A stretch of DNA of 63,384 nt, filler included, from Octopus bimaculoides (GCF_001194135.2; 6 parts of 5 records of this genome joined end to end with filler, not necessarily neighbours in it); one strand, 5' to 3'. Counted from the first letter of the whole stretch, positions 1 to 13,469 are shown. Numbers and translations: made by a program. Notes: generated by a model from the sequence alone, not told the origin.

Positions 1-781
1 ATATATATATATATATATATATACATTGCTCTACCACTGACGAATGAGCAGAAGTAGTCAGTACATGTGACAGAGGATATCATTTTTTTTTCTTTTTGAA
101 ACTGTAACTGAGAGATTGTTTTCACACGCGATTTGAAGCGTGAACTATCAGGACTTGGTCTGGTGATGTATTTATATCCCTTGTTATATGTGTGATCCAA
201 TGCTTGGATTATTTAACAGGTTTGCTCTACGAGTTTATTGATTGGGAGGTGTTTCACTGGCCTCTTCATTGGTTATCCATGCTACTTTACTTTTTGAAGC
301 GGTAATTCTTGCAATCGTGTACAAGGGTGTGTTATAAATTTGTTTAGGGATTTCTTGATGGGATTTTGGTGGTACTTACTAGTGACAGGGCTTGTTTCAA
401 TGTGTTTATTCACGTGCGTGTATGTAACGTGGTATATGCTTACTTCTGAGAACGTTTTTTTTTAAATAAATGGACTATTCGAAAAGGAAATTAAAGTCAT
501 ATCTGTTCTAAGCATCGCACCTTTAACGCCTGAGTATTTGCGTGAACTATTTTGTGATTAAAGCATCTCTTCCTTTATGGAATTATGTTTTTATTGATTG
601 AAAAATGTCTGTGTATTTCAATTATTTTCTTTTTTTTATAAATTTTGTTAGTTTGTATATTTGATAGTTCTTGACGGAAGATCGAATTGACGTGAAAACC
701 GAAGTCGAGAGGGAAACTCCCAGTTCTATGTTCAATAAAAAGATATGTGTGTATGTGTGTGTTTGTGTGTGTGTATAAAGG

Positions 782-864
<83 letters not shown>

Positions 865-3800
865 TATAAGTATACATGCACATAAATGTGTGTTTGCTTC
901 TGTATTTTATGTGCCTCTTTGTATGAAGTCCTGCTTGTTTACGTTTTCAACTTAAATACTCAAGGAATCAATAAAGCAAGTAACAAATTTGTACTGAAGT
1001 CGATATATTTACACTACTGTTTCAGTAACAAGTGTTGAAGACATTGCAGTTCATCAAACAAAATAACATGCATTACTTAATTTTTAATGCCGGTTATCAC
1101 ACAGAACGCAGCAAAGCAAAGCATATTGTCTTGTTATATAAATTTATGGGAAGGTGGATGGGTGTTTGAGTGCATATTTTAGAGCTGAATGAACGTTTGA
1201 AATCAGGCAAATGGTAATCAGAATCATATGCAAAAACAAAGCACAATATTTTTTAACACAAATCTTGGCATAAGCAGTAACACAGTAGTGACAACAGTAT
1301 ACGCAGCGGATGATTATCAAAGGTTGTGAATCAAATCAGCAAAGTTATGAATCAGATTTGGTTCGGAGCTGAAAATACAAATGAAATTCTTTGTATGTTT
1401 CCACTGAAATTTGGTTTACAAAAAGTTTATATTGAGTTAATCAGAACGAAAGAAAATACGTTTTAGGAAATAGATAAGCAAGGACCTTCATTTACTGACG
1501 TGATTCAATTGAATTCTTTCTTTTCAGAAAAATTCTTTTGATGAAATGAATAAGATATCTGCAATGGAATTTTGGAAATAATCTTCAGTTTTTCTGTATT
1601 ACAATGAGCAGGTGCTGTGTTATATTTTTCTATACAGGGTGACAGGCTGCTGTTTTCATATACATTGAGTGAATACAAAAATAAATTAACATTCTGGTTA
1701 TGCATTTCGCAAGTGTGAGCCGAAGGCCACTACCTAAATTCGCTTTATAATTTTATTATGATTCAATGAAGATGTTGAAGTTTGTTTCAAAACGGATTAT
1801 GTGATATATAGTGCTAATTTCTTCGCCTCGTGATTCTGAGTTCAATTTTGACTGACGCCATACTTATCTACTGTCCTTCGCATTCCTTTCAAAATACGTT
1901 TCAATAACAGAATGAATTCAAGGGCAATGAAGTGACTAAAACGGTAAAGAACCATACTAAATATGCTACAGTACTTAGAAATACTTCCTTACAATTCCAG
2001 TCCAAATTCTGACAGAGTTCACATTATCTTCCAGATTCGACCGTGAAGTATTACAACTATCTTGATTTAATCAGCTATGTCATTTCCCCAAGAAGTGTAT
2101 ACTGGTGTTGTTGAAAAAATATATAATTCAAAATGCGCATTGCAGAGGTAAACCTCCAACCTAATTACTCTACAGTTTGATAACAATACACTTCTATAGA
2201 CTCGTTAAGTCGTCAACGTCACACCATACTAATTTCTTCTCTACAAATGTTGCTCCTTGTCGAAACTATTCAAAAGACATCTAACATTTTCTCTGCGTAC
2301 TCAAAACCTCTGCGGCAAAGCAGGGAAAGCGCATTCAGATACATAATATTTTCTTTTGTTCTTTAAATATTACGGTGTGTAATTTATAGTCTGTAATCTT
2401 AACATTGCAGTGTGTAATCACCTATTTCTAACAAATGAACCGCCGCATAGAGCCTCTTTCTGCTTTGCTTGAAAAATATTGCCATATCTGAACATCGTCA
2501 TACTAGAAGCATGACAGCCGTCATGCTTCTAATGCATTTTGCTATTTTCACATACATATTCATAGTATATACAGCAATTTTAGCATTTATCAATGATAAA
2601 GGTGTACTTGTATTTCACAAAGGAATAACGTGGTTCAAAAGAGACTGTTTATTCAAAGGGATTTATTAAAACGTTTTAGTTTTAGAAATACAAGGCGGAC
2701 CAAAACTCAGGTACCGACAAGGTCATTATGCTCCAGAACTGTCAGGGGAGACATACATCAGCTTTTCTAAAATTTGATAAAATAAATAAATTAATGAGGA
2801 ATACACACGTACATGTAGATGATGCACAAAATAAACAATAATAATTTCAAATTTTGGCACATTACCAGCAAATTTACGGGAGTGGATAAGTCGATTACAT
2901 CGAGCGCAGTACTCAACTGATACTTATTTTATCGAGCCCGAAAGGATGACAGGCCAAGTTGACCTCGGCCGACTTGAACACAGAACATAAAGTCGGACGA
3001 AATGCTGCTAAGTATTTTCTCGGAGTAAAAATTCTGCCAGCTCACCGAATAATAAAAAAATAATATATAAACGTTTTGATGCTTGATTTTCAACATGTAC
3101 AGAATAAAATTTACCAATATTCACAAAATAGTTTTACTTTTAAGTCCTAAATCCTAACAGTATTTCTGAGTTGTAACTAATATTATAAAAACATTCTTAT
3201 ATAAATTTGTGTGTGTGTATATATGTATATATANNNNNNNNNNNNNNNNNNNNNNNNNNNNNNNNNNNNNNNNNNNNNNNNNNNNNNNNNNNNNNNNNNN
3301 NNNNNNNNNNNNNNNNNNNNNNNNNNNNNNNNNNNNNNNNNNNNNNNNNNNNNNNNNNNNNNNNNNNNNNNNNNNNNNNNNNNNNNNNNNNNNNNNNNNN
3401 NNNNNNNNNNNNNNNNNNNNNNNNNNNNNNNNNNNNNNNNNNNNNNNNNNNNNNNNNNNNNNNNNNNNNNNNNNNNNNNNNNNNNNNNNNNNNNNNNNNN
3501 NNNNNNNNNNNNNNNNNNNNNNNNNNNNNNNNNNNNNNNNNNNNNNNNNNNNNNNNNNNNNNNNNNNNNNNNNNNNNNNNNNNNNNNNNNNNNNNNNNNN
3601 NNNNNNNNNNNNNNNNNNNNNNNNNNNNNNNNNNNNNNNNNNNNNNNNNNNNNNNNNNNNNNNNNNNNNNNNNNNNNNNNNNNNNNNNNNNNNNNNNNNN
3701 NNNNNNNNNNNNNNNNNNNNNNNNNNNNNNNNNNNNNNNNNNNNNNNNNNNNNNNNNNNNNNNNNNNNNNNNNNNNNNNNNNNNNNNNNTTTTATAAACT

Positions 3801-3950
3801 GATATTATTAATATTACAAAACTCAGAAACAGGCTAGAATTGAAGTGCTCAAATTGAACTAAAGTTCAAATTAAAGTTTGAATGGAGACAATACAGGTGG
3901 AAAATCATAGGAACAATACCCCATCTCCAACAAAAGATTTAATACATTTG

Positions 3951-4379
3951 AATCAATAATTATGCATAATTCTCAATAGCGAAAATACCAAAAATGAAAT
4001 AGAATAAAGGTATACAGGCATATAAAAACACGTAAGCTTGAAAAATATAATGAAAGTTTAAAAATATTTTAAATATGTACAAGTATTCCTAATTTCTGAG
4101 CCATATAAAAATAATATCCAATATAAGACGATGTAATACGATACATAAACCTTCGGTATGATATAAGATATAGTGAATAAATATATACGATATGATATTA
4201 CAAAATTTATATGTATTATATTATAAGAACATGTACAATACAGAAAATAGATATATATACACTATAACGAAGAAAAAGGACATGCACAACACGGGGTAAT
4301 ATTCAAAGTCATCATCTACGGACCGTTTCAGAGATGTGTCTTATAATATGGTATAGTACTCATATTTGGAGAAACCTAG
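3951..4379 (-). repeat. Left arm of a 429-bp inverted repeat (AT-rich element carrying the 3' half of a hammerhead)
   Basis: The reverse complement aligns base by base with 6324-6752 with scattered substitutions, e.g. ctaggtttctccaaatatgagtactataccatattataagacacatctctgaaacggtccgtagat. Confidence 0.9.
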
Positions 4380-6195
4380 CTGTATGACAACATCGATTCG
4401 GTCGTTCGCATGAACGGTTTTCTTTCAAAGCCGTTCCGCATTAAACGGTTCGGCAAGGGTGTCCACTCTCTCCGCTTTTATACGTAATGTCTCTCGAACC
4501 ATTGCTGAGGAAGCTGAGTGGCATCCCGACGAATCCAGGAGGTGGAACATATGTTACAGCGTATGCGGAGGATATCACTATCATCGTGACCGAGATGGAA
4601 CACCTGCGTCAAGTGAGTAAAAACCATTAAGATTTACGAGACGGTGGCAGGAGCAAAGATTAACCGGGAAAAATCAGTCGGCTTGCAACTCGGCACCTGG
4701 AGGAGCAAGTCGATACCTTCGGATAGCGTCGTGGGGCGCTGGACGTAGGGCCCGGTTAAGTTGCTAGAAATCTAGATTGGTACGGATCTCCAAATAGAAA
4801 AGAACTGGTCAGAGGCAGCGGGCAAAGTATGTTACATAGCCAACACCNNNNNNNNNNNNNNNNNNNNNNNNNNNNNNNNNNNNNNNNNNNNNNNNNNNNN
4901 NNNNNNNNNNNNNNNNNNNNNNNNNNNNNNNNNNNNNNNNNNNNNNNNNNNNNNNNNNNNNNNNNNNNNNNNNNNNNNNNNNNNNNNNNNNNNNNNNNNN
5001 NNNNNNNNNNNNNNNNNNNNNNNNNNNNNNNNNNNNNNNNNNNNNNNNNNNNNNNNNNNNNNNNNNNNNNNNNNNNNNNNNNNNNNNNNNNNNNNNNNNN
5101 NNNNNNNNNNNNNNNNNNNNNNNNNNNNNNNNNNNNNNNNNNNNNNNNNNNNNNNNNNNNNNNNNNNNNNNNNNNNNNNNNNNNNNNNNNNNNNNNNNNN
5201 NNNNNNNNNNNNNNNNNNNNNNNNNNNNNNNNNNNNNNNNNNNNNNNNNNNNNNNNNNNNNNNNNNNNNNNNNATATGGAGTGTCGTAAGGCACTCCTCC
5301 AGTTCCAGGACTTGAGCAATGCCAGCGGTCTCGGCACCACTGCAGCTTTTTATAGTAGGTTGGTAGAGGCATGAAATGACGATGAATTGGGAAGGACCCG
5401 GGGTCTCGATGATATTCAGTTGGACAACCTGTTCCGAAGGACATTCGGGCCGAAGACACTGGATAATTTCCAAAAATCTTTGGCCTGGCAATGTTACAGA
5501 GGAGCTTTACCGATTCGGGATAAACTCACCAGACACGGCCAGCCTGGGCCGTCGACCTGTCCAAGATGCGGGCAGCACGCGGAAACCGTCCTGCACGCTA
5601 TTGTCCAGTGTCCTGATATTTCTGATGTGTGGGTATATGCAGAACACCTGTTGTCGGAGGAGAGAAGAGTACAGCTATCAGCTGAGTCGATTTTAAAAAT
5701 CAACCCACCGGACTTCTTCACGAACGAAGGTAAGAATTGCTTTCTCGTAATAGTGGCAATTGTGAAAGAGGTGATTTGGAAGACAAGGACGAAAGGAATG
5801 AGGACAGACAACTTCGTATCCGGCCTCGCTTTGGCGAACTTCTTCAAGTTTCATTTAAAAAGATAAGTGGGGCTGGAAAGGAGATGTTTGTCCGAGAGTG
5901 TGTTTAAAAAACGATGGATGCGTGTTGCGCGGATGTTGGGTATGAAAGGCCCTGCGTGAGCACGCCAAGAAGGAAAACAAAGGTTTCGATGGAAAAACAG
6001 AGCTCTTGGGGTGGGAGCAGACCTGTTTGTTTCATCTCATTCGTCTTATTGCTTGTAATCATTGCTTTCGTGTAACATACGACTAATCATGCATTTCATA
6101 TAAAGTTTTATTCCTCATTTGTTCGACCCCATTGCATGTTTGTATTGTCCCCTCCATGTACACCTTTTATGGGAAGTAATAAAATTGTATTGGAG
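4380..6195 (+). mobile_element. 5'-truncated, degenerate L1/Tx1-clade LINE (RT, C-terminal zinc-binding region, 3' UTR)
   Basis: Translates as RQGCPLSPLLYVMSLEPLLRKL...TAYAEDITII (RT domains 4-5) with frameshifts and stops. ORF 5387-5866 has LAWQCYRGALPIRDKL...CPRCGQHAETVLHAIVQCP (zf-RVT-like CCHC). AATAAA near 6177. Internal N gap 4848-5273. Confidence 0.88.
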
Positions 6196-6209
6196 AGAAA
6201 GGCGACATC

Positions 6210-6752
6210 ATGTAACGTTAGAAATAATTTGGATCTGAATTGTATATAATTCTGTATGTTAATATATTGCCTTGTGTCACTGTAGGCTTTTTGTGAGATT
6301 GAACATCCTGATGAAGGGAGTGTCTAGGTTTCTCCAAATATGAGTACTATACCATATTATAAGACACATCTCTGAAACGGTCCGTAGATCATGACTTTGA
6401 ATATTACCCCGTGTTGTGCATGTTCTTTTTCTTCGTTATAGTGTATATATATCTATTTTCTGTATTGTACATATTCTTACAATACAATACATATAAAGTT
6501 TGTAATATCATATCGTATATATTTATTCACTATATCTTATATCATACCGAAGGTTTATGCATCGTAATACATCGTCTTATATTGGATATTATTTTTATAT
6601 GGCTCAGAAATTAGGAATACTTATAAATATTTTTTATATTTTTAAACATTCATTATATTTTTCAAGTTTACGTGTTTTTATATGCCTGTGTACATTTATT
6701 TTATTTCATTGTTGGTATTTTCGCTACTGAGAATTATGCCTTATTATTGATT
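6210..6752 (+). mobile_element. Hammerhead-bearing AT-rich repeat (Penelope-like pseudo-LTR candidate); 6324-6752 is the right arm of the inverted repeat
   Basis: Contains the hammerhead at 6305-6389, matches 3951-4379 in inverted orientation, and ends in a (TATG)n microsatellite. No PLE ORF is seen, so the family assignment is inference. Confidence 0.55.
6305..6389 (+). ncRNA. Type I hammerhead ribozyme motif (Penelope-like element type), core intact
   Basis: Stem I AUC(6305-07)/GAU(6387-89); core CUGAUGA 6308-14; stem II AGGGA-GUGUCU/AGACAC-A-UCUCU (11 bp); GAAA 6374-77; stem III ACG-GUC-CGU; predicted cleavage GUA| after 6386. Confidence 0.75.
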
Positions 6753-6904
6753 ATGTGTATGTATGTATATGTGTATGTATGTATATGTGTATGTATGTGT
6801 GTATGTATGTATATATGTACCTAAAGCTTTACACTCGATGATTGTGTCATATATTTTTATTCTAATGTTCATCGTTCTGAATATTAGTATTTCCTTCTTA
6901 TTTC

Positions 6905-7117
6905 TTTATTACCCACAAGGAGCTAAACATAAAGGGGACAAACAAGGTCAGACAAACGGATTAAGTCGATTATATCGACCCCAGTGCGTAACTGGTACTT
7001 ATTCAATTGACCCCGAANNNNNNNNNNGCGGAATTTGAACTCGGAACATAGCGGCAGACGAAATACTGCTAAGCATTTCGCCCGGAGTGCTAACGTTTCT
7101 GCCAGCTCTCCGCCTTT
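6905..7117 (-). mobile_element. tRNA-derived SINE family B (head ggcggagagctggcagaaacgttagc...gagttcaaattccgc)
   Basis: A-box/B-box-like motifs. Further copies at about 2826-3048(-), 15735-15836(-), 16770-16955(-), 17818-18022(-), 36770-36975(-), 48052-48222(+), 62900-63040(-), 63100-63333(-). Confidence 0.85.
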
Positions 7118-8033
7118 AGACATATTTCCTTATGTCTTTTGCAACCACTACTTTGTAATGTTTCCTGGTAACAATATGCAAGACACACGATGTTTCTTCA
7201 TAGGGTATATTAATAACTAAGCTCCTTAAGTCATTAAATTAGATTTTAAGATTTATTTGGTGATATTTGTAAATTATATTAATTAAATAAAATTTCCTAT
7301 TAAGTTTATTATAAAGGTAGAATTTACCAGTCGGTAAATTTATAGTTAAATCTAATAAACTAACAATATTTAAATGTGTATCTACTGCTAATATTTGAAC
7401 CTTTGTGTATGTTGTACTTCTTTACAACATCCATTGCCACGGCCTGACTTTACAGCGCGGAAACACCTCCGACATAAGAGAAGCAATTCACAAACTTCAA
7501 CCCTTCTTGCGATCTGAATTCTCCATCAAATTATTCCTGGTCACTACCTTTAACTCAAAAAGAATTACATAAAATAACAAAGATTTCCTAGCGTGCATAG
7601 TAATAACAATGTCCAAATCACTAATTGGAATAAAATCTCTACCGCTTTTAAGGCCTTTTGAAGAAGGGATTTAGTAGTCGATGGTTAGATCTTTACTATA
7701 TTGCAATGCATCAATTTACAAAAGTGCTTATTATCTATATTACTAAATCACTGGATGACAGATAAACTATTATTCCATAACGGAAAAGAAATGACCTGTT
7801 TAATGTTAGAAATCATGGAATTTCTATATATTTTTACTGACTCTACCTATCATATTTTCCTTTGATCTATTAATCAGCATTTGGAGTTCGATAGAGATTA
7901 GCTTTATGATCTTCACTGTAATATATAGTTCATGTAACACTAAGGCTTTACTCTATAATCTATTTTTAGGATAGTAGCTATTTCTCTTCTTTTGCCTCCA
8001 ATTTAATAGCACAGAGAGTACTAAAGGTAGTTC

Positions 8034-8064
<31 letters not shown>

Positions 8065-8069
<5 letters not shown>

Positions 8070-8354
8070 ATATTAGGGACAAAATCCAAAATTACAGGTA
8101 AAAAAAACTCAATTAAAATCAGTTTATAAAAAATTAAAATTAAATTGAGCCTTATAGATAAAGTATATATAAAATATATAGTTTTAGGGAAAATAACCAA
8201 TTTTGAAGAACTCATCGATGAAAATCCACTATCACACATAGAAAAATTAATAATTAAAAGCACAATAAATGAGTATAATATAAAATAAAGTAAATATCAT
8301 AAGATAAATATAATAAAAAGATTACACGTGTTTCATAACCAATTTTCAAATAGA
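8065..8354 (+). repeat. AT-rich interspersed repeat following (TA)n; related copy at 33151-33311
   Basis: Shared start taataatattagggacaaaatccaaaattacaggtaaaa / taataatattaaggataaaaatccaaatttagaggtaaaa; both copies end at a scaffold gap. Confidence 0.65.
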
Positions 8355-8454
8355 NNNNNNNNNNNNNNNNNNNNNNNNNNNNNNNNNNNNNNNNNNNNTT
8401 AATTAATTAANNNNNNNNNNNNNNNNNNNNNNNNNNNNNNNNNNNNNNNNNNNN
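8355..8454. other. Assembly spacer: 44 N + TTAATTAATTAA + 44 N (artefact)
   Basis: The identical 100-bp construct recurs at 33312-33411, 50334-50433, 55281-55380 and 61010-61109; the 12-mer gives stop codons in all six frames. Confidence 0.95.
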
Positions 8455-8973
8455 ATATATATATATATATATATAGGTAGGTAGTGTGTTGATTAGTAAC
8501 ACCGTTCCATGAAGTCTAATGTGAATTTGAGGGACCCGCTGTAATTTGTATGCTCATTATTTAACACAGGAGAACATTCAATCAAATCACTGGTCAAGAT
8601 ATCGTCTCAACACATTCTGACGCATACAGATAGATAAAAATTCAATGCATTTCATCGCAAAGTAAAACTGTATTGGCTGTAGGCCTCTCAGCATTAACAA
8701 CGACACCCGTCGTCACTGTCAGATATGTTCATCAGTGGAAAGATTGATTACTCGCGGCAGTATGAAACAATCACTTTTATTATATTTTCTCCATGTCGAC
8801 AAAAATAATTGGCCTTGTGTCTCCTCTAAACAAATCATTAAAATTAATGTCAGACTTAAGAGTTCGCTTGCAGGGAAAAAGGTAATCATCTTCTCCAAAT
8901 ATTTCTTACATAATTAATTTTCCACAACACGCTCGCGTCCGAATTTCTATAATACATGGACGCACACACAAGA

Positions 8974-9008
<35 letters not shown>

Positions 9009-10744
9009 TACACACACACATACACACACACACATACACACACACACACACACACACAAGCATAAAAACACACATATCTACAGACACAAATACATACAGA
9101 GAAAAGTACGTATAAACACATTTTATTTACAAACGCTGAACAGGAGAGGGAAAGAATATATATATATATATATATATGCGTACACATATATACTTACATA
9201 TATATCATGTGTATAACTATAGATCATAAAGGAGAATTATAAATTATACTGATGGATGGCGGTTTTCTGACAGAATCCTTGCAGCTCTTTATGTTCTGAG
9301 TTCAAATTGGCCCTCTGCCGTCTTTGGTGTCGATATAGTCATATACCATTCACGTACTAATGTTGATGTAATAGACATATTCCTCCCCTCCAAATAACTT
9401 GCCTTAAACACAGCAGTGGAATTATCACCTATACGCCATGGAAACCTGGTAACTAGCACTATTAGGCCAAGTTTTAGAGTGTCTGTCTGCATTATCCTAT
9501 ATCTATATGTGTTTTTGTGTCTTTGTGCGTGTTTGGGAGTGTGACTGTGTTTGTGTGGTTGCGTGTGCGTGTGTATGCACAAGTGTATACGCGCATGTGT
9601 GTGAGTGACCCTGTACAAAATAATAATAGATGTTGTTTGGTAGGCTCGTTCGTTCTAGATTGATGTCTCCAATCCCGTTTTACATCTTAAAGATGGAGGA
9701 CGGCGGAGCTAGAATGAGATGTGCAGCACGAGCGCTCAGTCTTGACCCGGTGTCGACAGGAGAAGAAGAGGGTAAATGACAAAGAATTTATAGCAGTATT
9801 TATACAAATAAGAAATTTAGGTCATTTAATTATATTGGTAAACATTTCCTTATTTAATACAAATAAACTGCAATTTAATAAGAGTTGAATTATAATTAAT
9901 GTAGGTATGTAATATTTACCCATATCTTCCATTGTAGAAAAATTACTTCTCCATTTACCCGCTATATGAAGGTGACATTCTAGTACACATACAGTCAAGC
10001 ACACACAAACGCACGCACACACACACAACACAAACACTATGCAAATCAAAACGTAAGGCGCCAATGATAGCAAGGCACGATAACACAAAACGCAAAAGAA
10101 TGAAGTGATAATGTGTATGTAGGATACTGCATATATTTAAGTACCAAATCGAATTCAAACTGCAGACCAGACTCTGGGATTCGTTCCAGCTGTGACGTAG
10201 ATAGTAAAGTGGCGTTTAATATTTACGGCAGCTGCTTCTATAAAATGTTAATGATTTATTCATACAGCACATCCTAACATATATTCCACCATCTTCAGGT
10301 ACAATTTTAATCAGGTAAGATGCCAAGTGAGGTTTCATACATCGAAGATGATGTCGGCGTATAAGTGGTATTTAAAAAACTAAATTTCACATTGATCGGA
10401 AAATCAAGCGTGGCTTCAACGGATGTGCAAGAAGAATGGAGAATCAAAAGACTATATCATTTAAATTCACTTCTATAAGTCAGTTTATGGTTAATGTCTG
10501 TGCTCAACGTACATGAATTATACACATGCTGTAGATTCTAGTTCACCTTCAAGGTCATTAGAACCAAGCAAATATTTTGTCAGTTAAGTGAGATGCAAAG
10601 AAACAAGCCTCACGGCAGCAGAAACCCGTGAAACTGTCAACAACTTTTCTACCGTCCAACTTAAGTACAATAGGTGCACACGTATCTAAAATCAAAATCC
10701 AAGACACACATACATATACAGACGCAGGCACACTCACTCACTCA

Positions 10745-10781
<37 letters not shown>

Positions 10782-10846
10782 CTCTTTACCCATATATTTG
10801 CATATATACATATATGTGTGTGTGTATATGTATATATGTAGATATA

Positions 10847-10877
<31 letters not shown>

Positions 10878-11137
10878 GTATATACATATATATATATATN
10901 NNNNNNNNNNNNNNNNNNNNNNNNNNNNNNNNNNNNNNNNNNNNNNNNNNNNNNNNNNNNNNNNNNNNNNNNNNNNNNNNNNNNNNNNNNNNNNNNNNNN
11001 NNNNNNNNNNNNNNNNNNNNNNNNNNNNNNNNNNNNNNNNNNNNNNNNNNNNNNNNNNNNNNNNNNNNNNNNNNNNNNNNNNNNNNNNNNNNNNNNNNNN
11101 NNNNNNNNNNNNNNNNNNNNNNNNNNNNNNNNNNNNN

Positions 11138-11179
<42 letters not shown>

Positions 11180-11946
11180 GAACGGAGAATAATGTGAGAT
11201 ACATAGATAGTTATACAGATAGATAGTCAGACAGACAAATTGAAAGACTGACGAACAATGAATCGCGGCCTTACCGATCAGCAGGTATATGGTGAGGCCA
11301 TATTAATATATGAAAGAAGTTTATTAATATTTTTAGTTCAACAAAAGATATTTTTGACAGCGTAACACAAACAACTATCACATACACGAGTGCGAAGCCG
11401 ATTTTTGAAAGAAAGATATGTTTACTCAGTATTGGGATCAATAAGGAAAGTTCTTTTTAATCGTGTTTGATGTGTATCTGAAAATGGTTATGTATGTTAC
11501 CTAGGTAGTCACCTTGGTCCTCAGACACACACACATACGCAACACACTCATACGCATCAATGTATATAAAAGATGCATACTTGCATACTTCCATTGGTCT
11601 ATGTGTCAGGTGATGTGCATGTCAAGAGAAAGAAACCGAAGGCGAGAGGGAGAGACCGAGAAAGTGTGAAAGAGCATATAAATGAAAGCCGACAGATGGA
11701 GCGAAATTTGAACGATGAAACGCGTAAAAATAGTGCGACATAATTAGCCAAATACATATTTACATACATGCATACGTACATTTAAACATACGTGTATATA
11801 CATACACACGCACACACACACAGAGAAATATGTATGCATATGTGTGTGTGTGTGCGTGTACATATTGTATATGAGTATATGTGTTGCCGTGTGATTGTGT
11901 ATGCATATTTGTCTATGTGAGTACGCGCACGCGCACACACAAACAC

Positions 11947-11987
<41 letters not shown>

Positions 11988-12134
11988 GGGCAGAAACACA
12001 CACCCGAACATGCTATTCTGCTTGCAATATACGCGTTGGTTTTTAAAAATATAAACACACGATGTTATATATACAATTGCGCAGATAATCTTATTCATTG
12101 TTGTCCACTTACACATATTTGTGCATGGATACCG

Positions 12135-12432
12135 TGCGTGGCTTCGTGCATAGGGCGTTCAGCATACGATCGAAAGATTGTCATTTCAATTCCCGGCGGT
12201 GCGTTATGTCCGTTAATATGACGTTGTACTTCACATTGGTGCATTGCACTCAGTTGGCGAAAATGAGTTGTATCTGTATTGCAACAGGTTATCCTTGTCA
12301 CATTCTGTGTCACGCCGAATCTGGCTGAGAATTATGCTAGAAGCACGAGAGTCATTGAAATGCTAGTCACTTGCAAGTCAATTTCACGACCACCATGTTC
12401 CGTTTATCGGGTCAATGTGAGCACCCGTCGCC
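12135..12432 (+). mobile_element. Older tRNA-derived SINE sharing the family C 3' tail but with a different central domain
   Basis: Head gcgtggcttcgtgcatagggcg...tttcaattcccggc; tail ttgtcacattctgtgtcacgccgaatc...aatttcacga...ttccgtttatcgggtcaa resembles the reverse complement of 35580-35720. Confidence 0.6.
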
Positions 12433-13427
12433 ATAATAGACAGATTGCCAGTTCATTAATATATAAATATGCTCTTTGATTGTACACTAATAAATTGATG
12501 GATATACGTAATTTTTCAAGGTAAACCCATTAGGATTTTTAGAAATATGCTCCTGCATGAGTGGTTGTATCTATATTTGTGCTGCACACACACACATATA
12601 TATGTGTGATCGCGCGCGCGTTCGTTTGTGCGTGTATCTGCATGCGTGTGTTTGTGTATGTGTGAATGTGTGTGTGTGTGTGTGTGTGTGTTTGTGTATA
12701 TGTGTGTGTGTGCGTCTGTGTCTGTGCGTGAGTGTGTATTTGCAGAATACCAGGAGTTGTTCGAGTTGAATGCTTAATAAAACTGTCCAGAATTGTTCTT
12801 ATGGTTTTCATAGAACACTCTTGGAATTATTTTGAAAACTGTAAAATATTAAATTGTAAGCAACCTTGCTTGTAATAAAGAGTACAACTAATAGTAGCTA
12901 ATATCAATAGTGTTTCATAATTTAAGTCAGAAAATGATATAAAGCTAATCTAATTGTATTAAAACATAAAACAGGTGTAAGTAAATGCGAACATAGACAT
13001 TTGAGAGTTTTATTGAAACAGGTGTAAATTCTTCTTGAAATCCTTGAATTTTTCAGATATTTTGAATAACGTATTAGTATAGGGAATGAAACCACTCATA
13101 GAAATAATACGTTATTGTTACTTGAGAAAGTAGGATGTTGAGAAATAACACAGGGGCTTTCTGTAAATACAATGCATGTAGTGCTAAGATAATTATATTC
13201 ACAGTAGTGATGTATCTCAGGTTGTATGATGCTAAAATTGCAATCATAATAGACTTGATAACACTAAGAATTGTCATGTCTTCAGCTGTACATACCCAGT
13301 GTTCTTGGTTTTGCCTAGAAGGGCGTAAATAATGAGATTATGGGAATTCCAACATTTGTACATCCTACATAAGATAAGGTATTAGTAAAGCAGTATTCCT
13401 GAAGGTGCAGGCCAGCAAATGTGGCTG

Positions 13428-13469
<42 letters not shown>

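Noticed and set aside
30-75. CTGACGA...GAAG...GTC as a hammerhead
   Set aside because: No GAAA, no stem II, and stem I does not pair.
7655-7700. TTGAAGA followed by an 8-bp helix
   Set aside because: The GAAA half and stem III are absent; too decayed to support.
8399-8410. Palindromic TTAATTAATTAA motif recurring five times
   Set aside because: Always centred in exactly 44 N + 44 N; it is a six-frame-stop scaffolding spacer, not biology.
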